Sequence record: NZ_CP081909.1
Source of the DNA: a plasmid
Reading direction: 5' to 3' (one strand)
DNA: 32,968 bases
Each line of letters begins with the position of its first letter. Position 1 is the stretch's first letter. Below the pieces are notes generated by a model. It saw only the letters and a program-made list of their open reading frames with translations, ran no database searches and was not told the DNA's origin. The translations under genes and the position numbers were made by a program. This document shows, one piece after another, positions 15,631-25,837 of this stretch.

Positions 15631-16074
15631 AGGTTGTGTTTTTTCACTTATAACGATTTGTATTTCAGTTAATTATAAATGAAAAAACGCTTTCTTACAA
15701 AGAACCTCTACAAAGACTATTCTCACAAAGAAGGAAAATTTTAGGGAATCACAGGCTTCAAAAACGGCTGGAAAATGTGCATTTTGAAAACGGAAAATGA
15801 GAAGCGGAGAAAAAATGAGCGAAGCGTTTCTTTAGTGCGATTTTTCCGCGCGTTAAAATGTGTGAAATTTTGTTTTTGTGTTGTAAAATCTAAGGTGATC
15901 GGAACGATTGCCGCCGTTTTACAAATGTACACTTTTTTGGGGGGCGGTGTACATTTGTAATGTGCATTTTGGGGGCTGGGTGTCTGATGTATTGGAGCGA
16001 AGCCGTGCGGAGCGTTCCAGGAGCGACGAGCGAAGCAAGGAGAGAGAGAACGACGGTTTACCAAAGTGAGCAAG

Positions 16075-16200
16075 CAGTCATTGGACTTAGTCCAATGCTG
16101 ATTTTCTAAATCACTGATATATAACTGTTTACTTGTTTATATGTATGCGAATTGCATACATATTGCATACATTATTTTGATAATTCATTGAATTATAGTA
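16075..16200. promoter_or_regulatory. Candidate oriT (inverted repeats upstream of mobA)
   Basis: Perfect inverted repeat CATTGGACTTAGTCCAATG (about 16079-16097). ATGTATGCGAATTGCATACAT (about 16141-16161) followed by a repeated ATTGCATACAT. An 11-bp inverted repeat ACAAATGTACA/TGTACATTTGT lies at about 15921-15958. Confidence 0.4.
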
Positions 16201-16221
16201 TATTGTAGCCGATATTTATGT

Positions 16222-16842
16222 ATGCAAACCCCTATACGTGAAATTATGGCAACAACAAGTAAAGATACGTCTATCCGTATAAAGGAGAGTACAAGGTTTA
16301 GGCTTGATATGCTGAAAGGAAACAAATCGCACGATGCGTTCGTGGCCGAAATGTTACTCTATTTTGAAACAACGGGGATCACCCCGCAGTCGAATGTAAT
16401 GCCGCCGAACATTGCGGCCAAAGAGCAGGCAAGCCGGGTGATCGAAGTTGTCCGGGGCATTGAGAAATCCACTAACGTAAGGCTGAAAAACATCGAACAA
16501 CTCCTTTTGTCGCTTGTCGGGGAAGTGAAAACGCCGGGGGACAATCCGGACGAATATATGCACATCTCACAGGTACAGGAACTTTTGGAGCGTTCCAAGC
16601 AACTGGAACAGGAAGCCAGGGAAAACCGGGAGAAGGCCGGGAAACTGCAAACGGATCTCGAAATAGCCCGGCAGGAGAAAGGAACTCCGGCCGTCGGATG
16701 CAATACGCACAAGATCCTGGAGATCGTGGAGCGTATCGACGAGGTGAAGAAGATACCGACATTCAACGATACGGTTTATGAGATAGACCGTAATACGCTG
16801 GATATGTGGGTGAAAAGGTTAAAGGACGAACTAAAGAGATAA
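16222..16842 (+). CDS. mobA: MobA-like relaxosome accessory protein
   Basis: First gene downstream of the oriT-like inverted repeats, immediately upstream of the relaxase (5-nt gap). Coiled-coil, charged C-terminal half. Confidence 0.5.
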   Translation: MQTPIREIMATTSKDTSIRIKESTRFRLDMLKGNKSHDAFVAEMLLYFETTGITPQSNVMPPNIAAKEQASRVIEVVRGIEKSTNVRLKNIEQLLLSLVGEVKTPGDNPDEYMHISQVQELLERSKQLEQEARENREKAGKLQTDLEIARQEKGTPAVGCNTHKILEIVERIDEVKKIPTFNDTVYEIDRNTLDMWVKRLKDELKR

Positions 16843-16846
16843 GCCT

Positions 16847-19102
16847 ATGTTTGCCAAAGTACACCCGGCCGAGGACGTGAAAAGCGGAAATACGGGAAGC
16901 TGTCACGACCTGGTGCGTTATCTGGAAAAGGAAACGGGGGAGGGACAGCGTTTTTTCTCCCATACGGAGCAGGATATTTCACCCGAACGGGTAATTATGG
17001 ATATAGACGGGAACAAAAAGGCGTTAGGGGCTAACGACGCTAAATTCTTCATGCTTTCGCTCAATCCGTCGCAGTCGGAACAAATGCACCTTATCGGCCG
17101 GAAAGTGGACGATTTTAAGGAACTTACACCACAGGAGAAAAAAGAGGTTTTCCAAAAGCTGGAGGCGTTCACCCGTTCGGCTATGGATGAATACGCCTTG
17201 AACTTCGGACGGGACAATATTAGGGGAGGCCAGGATCTCATGTATTACGCACGTGTGGAAACGGAACGATCCTATCATCCGGAAGATGAAGAGGTGAAAC
17301 AGGGGATCGCCAGGATCGGAGAGCCTAAACCCGGTCTGAACTTACACGTTCACGTAATCGTTTCACGCAAGAGCCTGGACGGGAAAGTGAAACTTTCTCC
17401 GGGGGCTAAATCGGCCGGGAACACCTGGGAACTGGAGGGCAGGGGGACGGTGAAACGGGGTTTTTCACATGAGGGCTGGAAAGTCAGGGTACAGGAATGT
17501 TTTAACCGGAAATTCGATTACCAGGCCAAAGAGGGGGAAACTTATGTACGTCCGCAGGTATCGGCCGAGATCGGGAAGATCACGAACCCGGAGCTTAAAA
17601 GGATATTGCAGGACGAGCAGTTTACGGCGGCAAACCAGATCGTCGCAGCCATGAGGGAACAAGGTTACACGCACCAGGTAAGGAAGGGGGTGCATTCCTT
17701 TTCACGGGAGGGTGAAGTGTTCCAGGTTGAACACAGGCTCTTGAAAGCGTTCGAACAACCTCTGTCTGACGAGCAGCTAAAAAGCATAACGGAACGTTTC
17801 GACTTGACAAAGTACGAGGCGAACCCGGCCGGGTACAGGGAGAACGGTTTGCAGGTAAAGGATATAAGTTTCTCGACATATGTAAAAGATGAAGCACAGA
17901 AGGGGGAAAAGGCCTTGAAAGAGGTCGCTTATAAAGTGGTTTATGATGAACAAAACCATACGACGGTATCGTTCGCCACCGTCCGGCAGTTCGCATACGA
18001 GCATCAAATAAACCTGGTGAAAAGCGAACCGACGGCCGAAGCCGTCTTGAAGAAGATCAAGAACCCGGAGCTTAAAAACCTGTTGGAGAACTACCGTTTT
18101 ACGTCCGCTAACCAGATTGTCGTAGCCATGAAAGAACAAGGCTACACGCATAAGGTACGGAAAGGGGTACATTCCTTTTCACGGGAGGGTGAACGGGTGA
18201 GCATACGGCACAAGGATCTGAAAAAATTCGCCGATCCGAAACTGGAGAGCCGCCACATGGAGGGCATTATCGAACGGTTTAACCTGTACAAGTACAAGCA
18301 GGAGGGCGTGGCCTACCGGGAAAACGGCCTGGAAGCCAAGAATATTTCTTTCCTGACATACCAGAAAGTGCCGATCGAGCCGGAAGAGGATAAAAGCGTG
18401 ACCGGAAAGCCGGAAACAAAGGAGGAAGCGCAGCAGCCACAGCAGGAAACGCCGGGGAGCGAGGCACATCCGGAAGAAACGGAAAACGAAGCGGAAACGC
18501 CCATGCCTGAACCCGATCCGGTGAAATACAGGAAAGAGCTTAAAGAGGTGTCTTATGATGTACTGTTTGATAGGGAAACGAAAACCTATGTGCCGATTTC
18601 GGCGATCCGGAAATACGCATACGAGAATGAGATCAATCTGATAGACCGATACAAGCATGGGTACGCAGTCAGGAACGAGGATCTTAGGGAGTGCCTGGCA
18701 AATCCCGAATACCGGACGGTAAGGCAGATAAACAAGGCCATGAGGGAGAGGGGATATACGATCGAAAGGGACGAGGCCGGAAACTATACCTACATCAAGG
18801 GGGAAAGTTCTTTCTTTATGGAACGCCGGGATTTGCTTGCCTTTACCGGGTACGCCAAAGATACCGGAGGCCGGGAAAGGGAAAGGGGAACGCACCGAAG
18901 CGCAGACAAGACGGTCGGGTTTATCGGTGGTAAGGCCAAACAAAAGCTGATAAACGAGATCCTGGGGGATAGCTTCCGGACGGAAAGGATGCTTGTAGGC
19001 AACGTGAAAAAGGCCGTCAGCCTTATACAGAACCCGGCTAATATAAAAATGATGCTGATAAAACAGATCGGCAGTTTTCTAAACCCGTTTAAAGAGTTAT
19101 GA
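16847..19102 (+). CDS. mobB: MobB-type relaxase (MOB_P-like) with a triplicated C-terminal repeat domain
   Basis: N-terminal relaxase motifs (SGNTGSCHDLVRYLEKE, histidine triad NLHVHVIVSR). 751 aa. Internal repeats of about 160 aa: NPELK..ANQIV.AM.EQGYTH.VRKGVHSFSREGE occurs twice, plus a third degenerate copy. Confidence 0.75.
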   Translation: MFAKVHPAEDVKSGNTGSCHDLVRYLEKETGEGQRFFSHTEQDISPERVIMDIDGNKKALGANDAKFFMLSLNPSQSEQMHLIGRKVDDFKELTPQEKKEVFQKLEAFTRSAMDEYALNFGRDNIRGGQDLMYYARVETERSYHPEDEEVKQGIARIGEPKPGLNLHVHVIVSRKSLDGKVKLSPGAKSAGNTWELEGRGTVKRGFSHEGWKVRVQECFNRKFDYQAKEGETYVRPQVSAEIGKITNPELKRILQDEQFTAANQIVAAMREQGYTHQVRKGVHSFSREGEVFQVEHRLLKAFEQPLSDEQLKSITERFDLTKYEANPAGYRENGLQVKDISFSTYVKDEAQKGEKALKEVAYKVVYDEQNHTTVSFATVRQFAYEHQINLVKSEPTAEAVLKKIKNPELKNLLENYRFTSANQIVVAMKEQGYTHKVRKGVHSFSREGERVSIRHKDLKKFADPKLESRHMEGIIERFNLYKYKQEGVAYRENGLEAKNISFLTYQKVPIEPEEDKSVTGKPETKEEAQQPQQETPGSEAHPEETENEAETPMPEPDPVKYRKELKEVSYDVLFDRETKTYVPISAIRKYAYENEINLIDRYKHGYAVRNEDLRECLANPEYRTVRQINKAMRERGYTIERDEAGNYTYIKGESSFFMERRDLLAFTGYAKDTGGRERERGTHRSADKTVGFIGGKAKQKLINEILGDSFRTERMLVGNVKKAVSLIQNPANIKMMLIKQIGSFLNPFKEL

Positions 19103-19103
19103 T

Positions 19104-20543
19104 ATGATGATGTATATTATTATAGGGATCGCCTGCCTGGTGGGGATCATCGTTGTTGTGCTGTTGCTTCCAAATTCCGGGAAACAGCAGCAAAAAGGAC
19201 AGAAATACCGTTTTGAACTGTCGGCCGGGGGAGGGAGGAAAATAACCTTTGCCGATCCGTTCGATAATTTCCTGGTCTATGGTGGGGCGAACTCCGGAAA
19301 GACCAAAAGCATAGGAAAGCCCTTGTTAAGCCAGTATATACAGGCCGGGTTTGCCGGATTTGTCTATAATTACAAGGATTTCGATCTGGCAAGGACAGCC
19401 GTACACCTGGTAAAAAAACATAATTACCCTTATGGGTGCTTCCAGATCAGTTTCACGGATATGGAACGGACGCACCGGACAAATCCGATACGTCCTTCCG
19501 TGGTGAAGAATGAAACCTTGTTCTTGCAGCTAATGGATGATATGCTGACCGCCTACCAGGGAAAGGACGGCAAACGGGACGAGTGGTTTAACGGGGCGTT
19601 GGGGATATTAAGGGGCGTTTCGATCCGGTTTTATAACGATTATCCGCAGTTTTGCACGATACCCCATATCGTTAATTTCATTTGTTCGGCCGGAACTGTC
19701 CGGATAACGTCGTTCCTGGAGGGCAAGCACCAGAGCCGGGTACTGGCCGGGGCATTCCTGGACGCAAAGGACAGCCCCAAGACGCAAAGCAGCTATCTAA
19801 GCAGCCTTACCAACAGTCTAAGCACGCTCGCCAACGAAAAAAAGGTGTGTTATGTCCTTTCCGGAAATGATTTCGACTTTAACCTGATAGATCCGGAATG
19901 TCCGAAATTGGTTGTCGTATCGAACGCCTATCAGATCGAAAACCTGATTTCCCCGGTTATATCGCTCATGCTTTCCATTTCGTCCCGGCGTTTCACGCTG
20001 GCGAACAAAGTGCCGTTCTTCTACTTTCTGGATGAAGCGACCACGTTCCGGATCGCCGATTTCGAGAAACTGCCGTCCGTTCTAAGGGAATACCTTTGCA
20101 GTTTCGTTTTCCTCACGCAGTCGGCGGCGAAGATCGAGAAGATATACGGGAAATATGACCGCAGTTCGATAGAATCCAATTTCGGGAACCAGTTCTTTGG
20201 CCGGACAAAGGACATAGAGGCCTTGAAAAGCTACCCGCTTGTTTTTGGAAAAGAGGAGAGGCAGAGGGTTTCAAAGACCACCGGAAGCAGCCGGGGAGGG
20301 GAGAACCGCAGCCGTACAGTTTCCACGCAGAAAGAGGAAATATACGACACGAATTTCTTTACCAGCCTGAAATCGGGCGAGTTCGTGGGGAGTGCGGCAC
20401 ATTCCAACATGAGGAACTTTCATTTGAGGTTTGAAATGTACGAGGACAAGGAAGATCCGCTTCCGATCGTGCATCCCGTACTGGCCTCGGATATAGAGGA
20501 AAATTACCAGCAGATCATAAGGGATATACAAGGCATTGAATAA
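19104..20543 (+). CDS. mobC: MobC type IV coupling protein (VirD4/TraG-like ATPase)
   Basis: N-terminal transmembrane segment. Walker A GGANSGKT. Walker B-like FYFLDEATTF. Start overlaps the relaxase stop region. Confidence 0.75.
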   Translation: MMMYIIIGIACLVGIIVVVLLLPNSGKQQQKGQKYRFELSAGGGRKITFADPFDNFLVYGGANSGKTKSIGKPLLSQYIQAGFAGFVYNYKDFDLARTAVHLVKKHNYPYGCFQISFTDMERTHRTNPIRPSVVKNETLFLQLMDDMLTAYQGKDGKRDEWFNGALGILRGVSIRFYNDYPQFCTIPHIVNFICSAGTVRITSFLEGKHQSRVLAGAFLDAKDSPKTQSSYLSSLTNSLSTLANEKKVCYVLSGNDFDFNLIDPECPKLVVVSNAYQIENLISPVISLMLSISSRRFTLANKVPFFYFLDEATTFRIADFEKLPSVLREYLCSFVFLTQSAAKIEKIYGKYDRSSIESNFGNQFFGRTKDIEALKSYPLVFGKEERQRVSKTTGSSRGGENRSRTVSTQKEEIYDTNFFTSLKSGEFVGSAAHSNMRNFHLRFEMYEDKEDPLPIVHPVLASDIEENYQQIIRDIQGIE

Positions 20544-20569
20544 CAAGGGAAGTGTGGCGACATTCTACA

Positions 20570-20596
20570 AAGTGTGGGACAACTCCACACTTTTTT
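20570..20596 (+). terminator. Intrinsic terminator of the mob operon
   Basis: AGTGTGG-gacaact-CCACACT stem-loop followed by TTTTT, 27 nt after the mobC stop. Confidence 0.6.
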
Positions 20597-20806
20597 GTGG
20601 AATATAAAAAAGGGGTAAAATTATAAAAGTTTGATAATTAGTGTATTTATTAAAACAGTAGTGTATTATGTCAAATTGGAATGGATTTTGTACAATATAA
20701 TTGTATAAATACACTCCAGTTTGAAACTCCAGTGCAATAGCAAAGGTTGTTTTTGGATTGGCCGGATAAGAATTTATTTACTTAAATACTTAAAAATAAA
20801 CTCCTT

Positions 20807-21094
20807 ATGAAAACGCCTTTGTTTATCTTGCTCCAGGCTACTGGAGGTATCAGAAATGAAGTAAACACATTCCTTAGTGATTATGCCGTTCCGGTGATCG
20901 CCATGCTCCTGATCGTGGGAGTGGGGATCGGTGTGGTGATGAATTATGATAAGATTATAGACCGGGACGGACAGGGAACAAGAAAAGAGGGTATTGTAAA
21001 CTTACTCTGGGTAGTTGGTTACATCATCATCGGGCTTGCGATCATTGCAGCCGTTATCGCACTTATCAATAGCAAACTTAAAATGTCCCTCTAA
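20807..21094 (+). CDS. traE: TraE-like small membrane protein (VirB2/pilin-like position)
   Basis: 95 aa with two hydrophobic helices. First gene of the tra operon after a terminator and promoter region. Confidence 0.5.
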   Translation: MKTPLFILLQATGGIRNEVNTFLSDYAVPVIAMLLIVGVGIGVVMNYDKIIDRDGQGTRKEGIVNLLWVVGYIIIGLAIIAAVIALINSKLKMSL

Positions 21095-21396
21095 TGGACT
21101 TCCAGGTTAGAAAGGGGCTGGAAACACCCCTGAAAGTGCATGGAATGAGAACGAAGTTTTTTTGCATCTATTGTATTATCCTGGCTGTGATTGTTCTTTT
21201 TGTCGTGGGCTTCCTGACAAGTGCCATGAGTGGGGAGGGATCTTTTTTGGCCTTTATCGTTTCGCTGGTGGCCGGGGCGTTCGCCTCTGTGGTCTTGCGG
21301 ATCGTCTTTATCAACCTTTCCATGCAGCGCAAGTTCGGCAAGTTCAAAAGACAGGTATTTGTCATATCGAATAAGGATCTGTTAAACAGCCTGTAA
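21094..21396 (+). CDS. traF: TraF-like small membrane protein (VirB3-like)
   Basis: 100 aa with two transmembrane helices. Start overlaps the traE stop. Directly precedes the VirB4-like ATPase. Confidence 0.5.
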   Translation: MDFQVRKGLETPLKVHGMRTKFFCIYCIILAVIVLFVVGFLTSAMSGEGSFLAFIVSLVAGAFASVVLRIVFINLSMQRKFGKFKRQVFVISNKDLLNSL

Positions 21397-21407
21397 ACAC
21401 TCTTTTT

Positions 21408-23852
21408 ATGAAAATATCGGCAGCGCAAGCGTACTGTATCTTGGATACGGTAGGATCTTCCATACTTACCAAATCCGGCGAAATATCCGTTTCCTACCTG
21501 TTGGAATTGCCGGAGGCCTATTCGCTGGATCGCTCGGATCTGGAGGAAAGGCATAACGAGTTATTCCGGGCTTTCCAGTATGTCCGAACCGGGTTTATAC
21601 ATAAGCAGGACGTGTTTTTACGCAGGAAATTCAAGCCGGAATATGTGATCGAGGGGGAGGGCTATATACAGACGGCCGAAAGGAAGTATTTCGACGGACG
21701 GGAATACCTGCATCACTTCTGCATATTGTCCTTTACGCTTTCGGGACTGCAAAGCCTTGAAAAAGCGTACCAGGCCAACCCGTTGGCGTATAGCGAGAAA
21801 CTGGCGAAGGCAGACCGGGACAGGCTGGCCGAGTTTCTGGAATCGGTGGAGAGTGCAGTTTCCATTATCCGGAATATCCGTGGCACGCAGATCCGGCCGT
21901 TGAACGTGGCCGAGGTGAAACAGCACCTTTTTCGGTACGTGAACGGTTTCCATGACGACGAGGGACTAAGGGATATACAGTGTTCCGATATGATAAGGAT
22001 CGGGCAGAAGAAAGGGATATTCTTTGCCGTTTGTGATGAAAGGTATCTGCCCGACAGGATGAAAGTATATGTTACGGACAGCACTTTGCAGGAGGCAAAC
22101 AGCCAGCTTTATATGTCGATGCTGGAAAGGATCGGCGTTCATGTGCCCTGTTCCCATGTGGTAAACCAGATATGGAAATTCGCCGGGGGAAGCTACCGGG
22201 AGGAACTGGCCGAGAGGGTGAAGCTGTTCGGCCGTTACCGGGAGTTTGACAAGGCCATAAAAAGCCGTTATGACGGCCTGGCCTCGTATGAGCAGGAGAT
22301 CATCAACGAGGAAAACGTGCTTTGCAAAACGCACCTGAACGTGTTGCTGTTGGAGGATGACGAAACGATCCTGAACCGACAGACGGAACAGGTAAAAATG
22401 ATTTTCACGAACGCCGGGTTTAAATATTACATTCCAAGTTACGAGGGGCTTTATAATATCTTTATAGGCTCGATCATCGGCCGGGAAAACAACCTGAATC
22501 CGGACTACCTGTTTCTTTCGGATCTGCATTCGTCGCTCTGCATGGGGATCAATTACTCTACGTTCCGCAGCGACAAGGAGGGGATCTTGTTTAACGAACG
22601 GCTGTATCAAACACCGATTCGAAAGGACGTTTGGGACGCAGATAAGAAACGCATTCCGGCACGTAACATGATTATCGTCGCATCGACGGGTGGGGGAAAG
22701 TCGGTTACGTCGTTGAACATCATCCAGCAGAACATCGAGCAGAATTATAAACAGATCGTCGTCGAGTTCGGAAAGAGCTTTTACCAGCTTTCGCAGTTGT
22801 ACCCGGACAGGTCGCTGCATATTGATTATGACGGCAGCAGCCCGTTGGGGATCAATCCGTTCTATACGGCCGGGAAGCAGCCGGACAACGAGAAGATAAA
22901 GACGCTTGTAAACCTGGTGCTTAAATTCTGGCGGTCTAAGGCGATCATGGAGGACACGAAACAAGTTGTTTCGCTGACAAAGATCATTTGCCGTTATTAC
23001 GAGGATATTCCCGACGGCCATTGTTTCCCGGACTTTTACAGGTACGTCCAAAGAGAGGGGAAAAAACTGTATGAGCGTTTGAATATCCTGCCGGAATACT
23101 TCGATATAGACAGCTTCCTGCACGTGTGTTCGGAATTTATGCCGGGGGGATTTTATGAGAACGTGTGCAAGCCGTCCCCACTGGAGAACGATATGCAGAA
23201 CCGGGATTTTATCGTCTTTGAGCTGACGAAGATAAAGAAAGATCCGTTCCTGATTTCCGTCATTATGACAATCCTTTTCGATACGATAGAGAACAAGATC
23301 CTTTCGGATCGTTCCGTCAGGGGGATGCTGATCTTTGACGAGTACGCAGAAAGCCAGTCTATAAAGGACACCTTTTCAGGTGCGGACATACATTCGACGG
23401 TGGCGTTCTGTTACCAGAAACTCCGCAAGGAAAACGGGGCGGTGGGTACGATCGTCCAGTCATTGGCGCAGCTTCCCGATAACGAGTACACGAAAGGCAT
23501 TATCGCCAATACGCAACTCTTATACGTGCTTCCGGCCAACGAGATCGTTTACGACCAGACGGTAGAGGCGTTCCATATCAAGAACCGGAGCCACGTAAAC
23601 CTGATGAAGTCGATCCGTAACGACTTTTCAGGGGTACGGCCGTATTCGGAGATATTCATCCGGTTTATGGATAGTTATGCAACGGTGGTACGCCTGGAGC
23701 TTTCACCGGAAAAATTGCTTGCGTTCCAGACCGACGGCGAGAAATGGAACAAATTGCAGGAGATTTACAAGGAGGCCGGAAGCATGGAAACGGCCATAGA
23801 GAAGTATAAACAATTAAAACAGAAAAGTTATGAAACGGAAATGTCTATGTAG
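21408..23852 (+). CDS. traG: TraG VirB4-like conjugation ATPase
   Basis: 814 aa. Walker A IVASTGGGKSVTS in mid-protein. Position after the small TraE/TraF genes. Confidence 0.8.
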   Translation: MKISAAQAYCILDTVGSSILTKSGEISVSYLLELPEAYSLDRSDLEERHNELFRAFQYVRTGFIHKQDVFLRRKFKPEYVIEGEGYIQTAERKYFDGREYLHHFCILSFTLSGLQSLEKAYQANPLAYSEKLAKADRDRLAEFLESVESAVSIIRNIRGTQIRPLNVAEVKQHLFRYVNGFHDDEGLRDIQCSDMIRIGQKKGIFFAVCDERYLPDRMKVYVTDSTLQEANSQLYMSMLERIGVHVPCSHVVNQIWKFAGGSYREELAERVKLFGRYREFDKAIKSRYDGLASYEQEIINEENVLCKTHLNVLLLEDDETILNRQTEQVKMIFTNAGFKYYIPSYEGLYNIFIGSIIGRENNLNPDYLFLSDLHSSLCMGINYSTFRSDKEGILFNERLYQTPIRKDVWDADKKRIPARNMIIVASTGGGKSVTSLNIIQQNIEQNYKQIVVEFGKSFYQLSQLYPDRSLHIDYDGSSPLGINPFYTAGKQPDNEKIKTLVNLVLKFWRSKAIMEDTKQVVSLTKIICRYYEDIPDGHCFPDFYRYVQREGKKLYERLNILPEYFDIDSFLHVCSEFMPGGFYENVCKPSPLENDMQNRDFIVFELTKIKKDPFLISVIMTILFDTIENKILSDRSVRGMLIFDEYAESQSIKDTFSGADIHSTVAFCYQKLRKENGAVGTIVQSLAQLPDNEYTKGIIANTQLLYVLPANEIVYDQTVEAFHIKNRSHVNLMKSIRNDFSGVRPYSEIFIRFMDSYATVVRLELSPEKLLAFQTDGEKWNKLQEIYKEAGSMETAIEKYKQLKQKSYETEMSM

Positions 23853-24399
23853 TTTGCTTGTGATGATGTGCTTTTACTGTACGGCGTTCGGCCAGTGGGT
23901 GGTGTCCGATCCGGCCTTGACGCAGCTATCGCAGATAACCTGGGCGAAAGAACTTAAACAGGCATACGAACAGTTTCAAGTGCTGGGGGAATCCAGGGAC
24001 ATATTGACTAAGAGCCTGGATCTGTACCGGCAGGTGAACGGGGTTATCAAAAACTCCAAAATGGTGTTGCAGGTGCTTTCCATGCAGGGGGAAATGTTGG
24101 AACTGGCGGCGAAAGAGTGCACCCGGTCGGACGTGTTTACCGGACAGGAGGCATACGGGGAATATACGAACGTGCTGAACAGGATCATGGAGGAAAGCGT
24201 GCTTTCCTTTGACCTGATCCGGACGATCATATCGCCCTCGGTGAGCATGACCGACGGGGAGAGGATAAAGATTATCGTGGATCTGGATAACAAGCTGAAA
24301 GAGAACCGGGACAAGATGCTCGACGAGAGAGCGAGGTTTAATACGGTCAATGACGCTATAAAGCGGATCGCAGCCCTGAAATCAACCGCCAAGAAGTGA
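23830..24399 (+). CDS. traI: TraI-like secreted protein (DUF4141-like)
   Basis: Signal peptide followed by QWVVSDP, matching the conserved mature N-terminus of Bacteroides TraI proteins. Start overlaps the traG end. Confidence 0.6.
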   Translation: MKRKCLCSLLVMMCFYCTAFGQWVVSDPALTQLSQITWAKELKQAYEQFQVLGESRDILTKSLDLYRQVNGVIKNSKMVLQVLSMQGEMLELAAKECTRSDVFTGQEAYGEYTNVLNRIMEESVLSFDLIRTIISPSVSMTDGERIKIIVDLDNKLKENRDKMLDERARFNTVNDAIKRIAALKSTAKK

Positions 24400-24403
24400 G
24401 CCT

Positions 24404-25177
24404 ATGGAAGTGATCGACAATGTGATTAGCGCATACGAGGCCGTCAAGATGAACGGTGTCAGCCAGGGGATTATCGCACTTTGTTCCTTTATCGCCGTTA
24501 TCATCGTGATACAAAAGTTCGTGACGGCATGGAAAGAGGCCTTTAGCGAGGGGGACAAGCCCGTCGATATGAAACAGTTCTTCAAACTGTTCTATATCTA
24601 TATTTATGTGTTCGCCATTATCATGGTCGCACCGTTCGCCTTTACGATCGTGGAAACGGCACTTGGGAATATTCAGAACGAATTGATAAGCCGTTATCAG
24701 GAGGACGTGGATCTAAGCATTGACGAGGCGATCGTAACCTTTACAAAGGACTATATCGAGGACGTGCAAAGGCGGCATAACTGGGTAGGGCAGCAGATTC
24801 AGGAGGTTATCATGCTGCCGTTCAATATTGCGGCTTATACGATACTCCTGTACGCAACGAAATATATATTTTTCTTCTTTGCCGCCGCCAGGTATCTGTA
24901 TCTTATACTCCTGGAGATCGTCACGCCGATAGCCGTAATACTCTACATGGACGAGAAAACGAGGCATTATACGCACGCATACCTGAAAAACCTGTTTGTC
25001 TGTTACATGACGATCCCGGCGTTCCTGATAGCCAACGCCCTGGGGTCTATCATTGCGGAGAATATCATGCACATGTGCGGACAGAATAAATATACCATGC
25101 TGGGACTTCTTTTCGCTTTCGTGTTCAAACTTTTCCTGTTTGCCAAAAGCGTGAAATTTTGTCGTGAACTGTTTTAA
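24404..25177 (+). CDS. traJ: TraJ-like polytopic membrane protein (VirB6-like)
   Basis: 257 aa with multiple hydrophobic helices. Position between traI and traK. Confidence 0.55.
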   Translation: MEVIDNVISAYEAVKMNGVSQGIIALCSFIAVIIVIQKFVTAWKEAFSEGDKPVDMKQFFKLFYIYIYVFAIIMVAPFAFTIVETALGNIQNELISRYQEDVDLSIDEAIVTFTKDYIEDVQRRHNWVGQQIQEVIMLPFNIAAYTILLYATKYIFFFFAAARYLYLILLEIVTPIAVILYMDEKTRHYTHAYLKNLFVCYMTIPAFLIANALGSIIAENIMHMCGQNKYTMLGLLFAFVFKLFLFAKSVKFCRELF

Positions 25178-25188
25178 ATCCTGATCTT

Positions 25189-25833
25189 ATGAATAAAGAC
25201 GATATACTGAAAGATTTTGATACACTGGCCGAGGCCAAGCGCAAAGGAGCGGTAAACTTAAAATTGTGCCTGGGCTTTGCCCTGGTGGTGGTTGTCCTGG
25301 TGCTGGCCTGGGGACTGGTGGTGAATTTTACGGCATTGGATAAGGTGGTCGTGGTGGAGCGATCCGGCGAGTACCTGAAAACGCACGCCGAGGATAGCGA
25401 GGCTCTGTTTCTTGCTCTGGTGAAAAAGACGTGCGCCGAGGCGACCGGGTACGCTAACAGTTTTGATCGCCTGAACCTGAAAAAAAATCAGGCGCACGCC
25501 GCTTTTTATGTCAATAAGAACGATCTGAACGCCGTGTTCTCAAAGTATTATAATGATAAGGCCTATTTTGATGCGGTGCAGAACGGGGCGGTCTATAAAT
25601 GCGAGATAGACAGCATCCAGACGATCGCCGGGGACAATGAGCCGTACAAGGTGGCTTTCACTTCCACCCTGACGATTTACGGCGTTTCGGGGCAGAAGCT
25701 AAGGTTTCTTATCAGGACGAAAGGGGAGATCGTGAGAACCACGCCGCAATTTCCGGAGAACGTGACGGGATTTTTCTTTAACCAGTTTATACAGCAGATT
25801 GTCCGGATAGAACAAGAACCTGAAAAAAAGTAA
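25189..25833 (+). CDS. traK: TraK-like protein (VirB8/VirB9-like position)
   Basis: 214 aa. A single N-terminal transmembrane helix followed by a periplasmic domain. Position in the operon. Confidence 0.55.
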   Translation: MNKDDILKDFDTLAEAKRKGAVNLKLCLGFALVVVVLVLAWGLVVNFTALDKVVVVERSGEYLKTHAEDSEALFLALVKKTCAEATGYANSFDRLNLKKNQAHAAFYVNKNDLNAVFSKYYNDKAYFDAVQNGAVYKCEIDSIQTIAGDNEPYKVAFTSTLTIYGVSGQKLRFLIRTKGEIVRTTPQFPENVTGFFFNQFIQQIVRIEQEPEKK

Positions 25834-25837
25834 CACT

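Noticed and set aside
15741-16073. Small ORFs 15741-16073 (-) and 15775-15960 (+) between rep and mobA
   Set aside because: They lie inside the iteron and inverted-repeat (oriV/oriT) region and have no coding signatures.
21966-23123. Long antisense ORFs (21966-23123 within traG, 26707-27873 within traN, 18179-18943 within mobB, 8099-8863 within fic, 25699-26298, 1471-2016, among others)
   Set aside because: Sense-strand partners carry clear catalytic or signal motifs. Antisense frames are open because of GC-rich codon usage, and their products are Arg/Pro-rich with low complexity.
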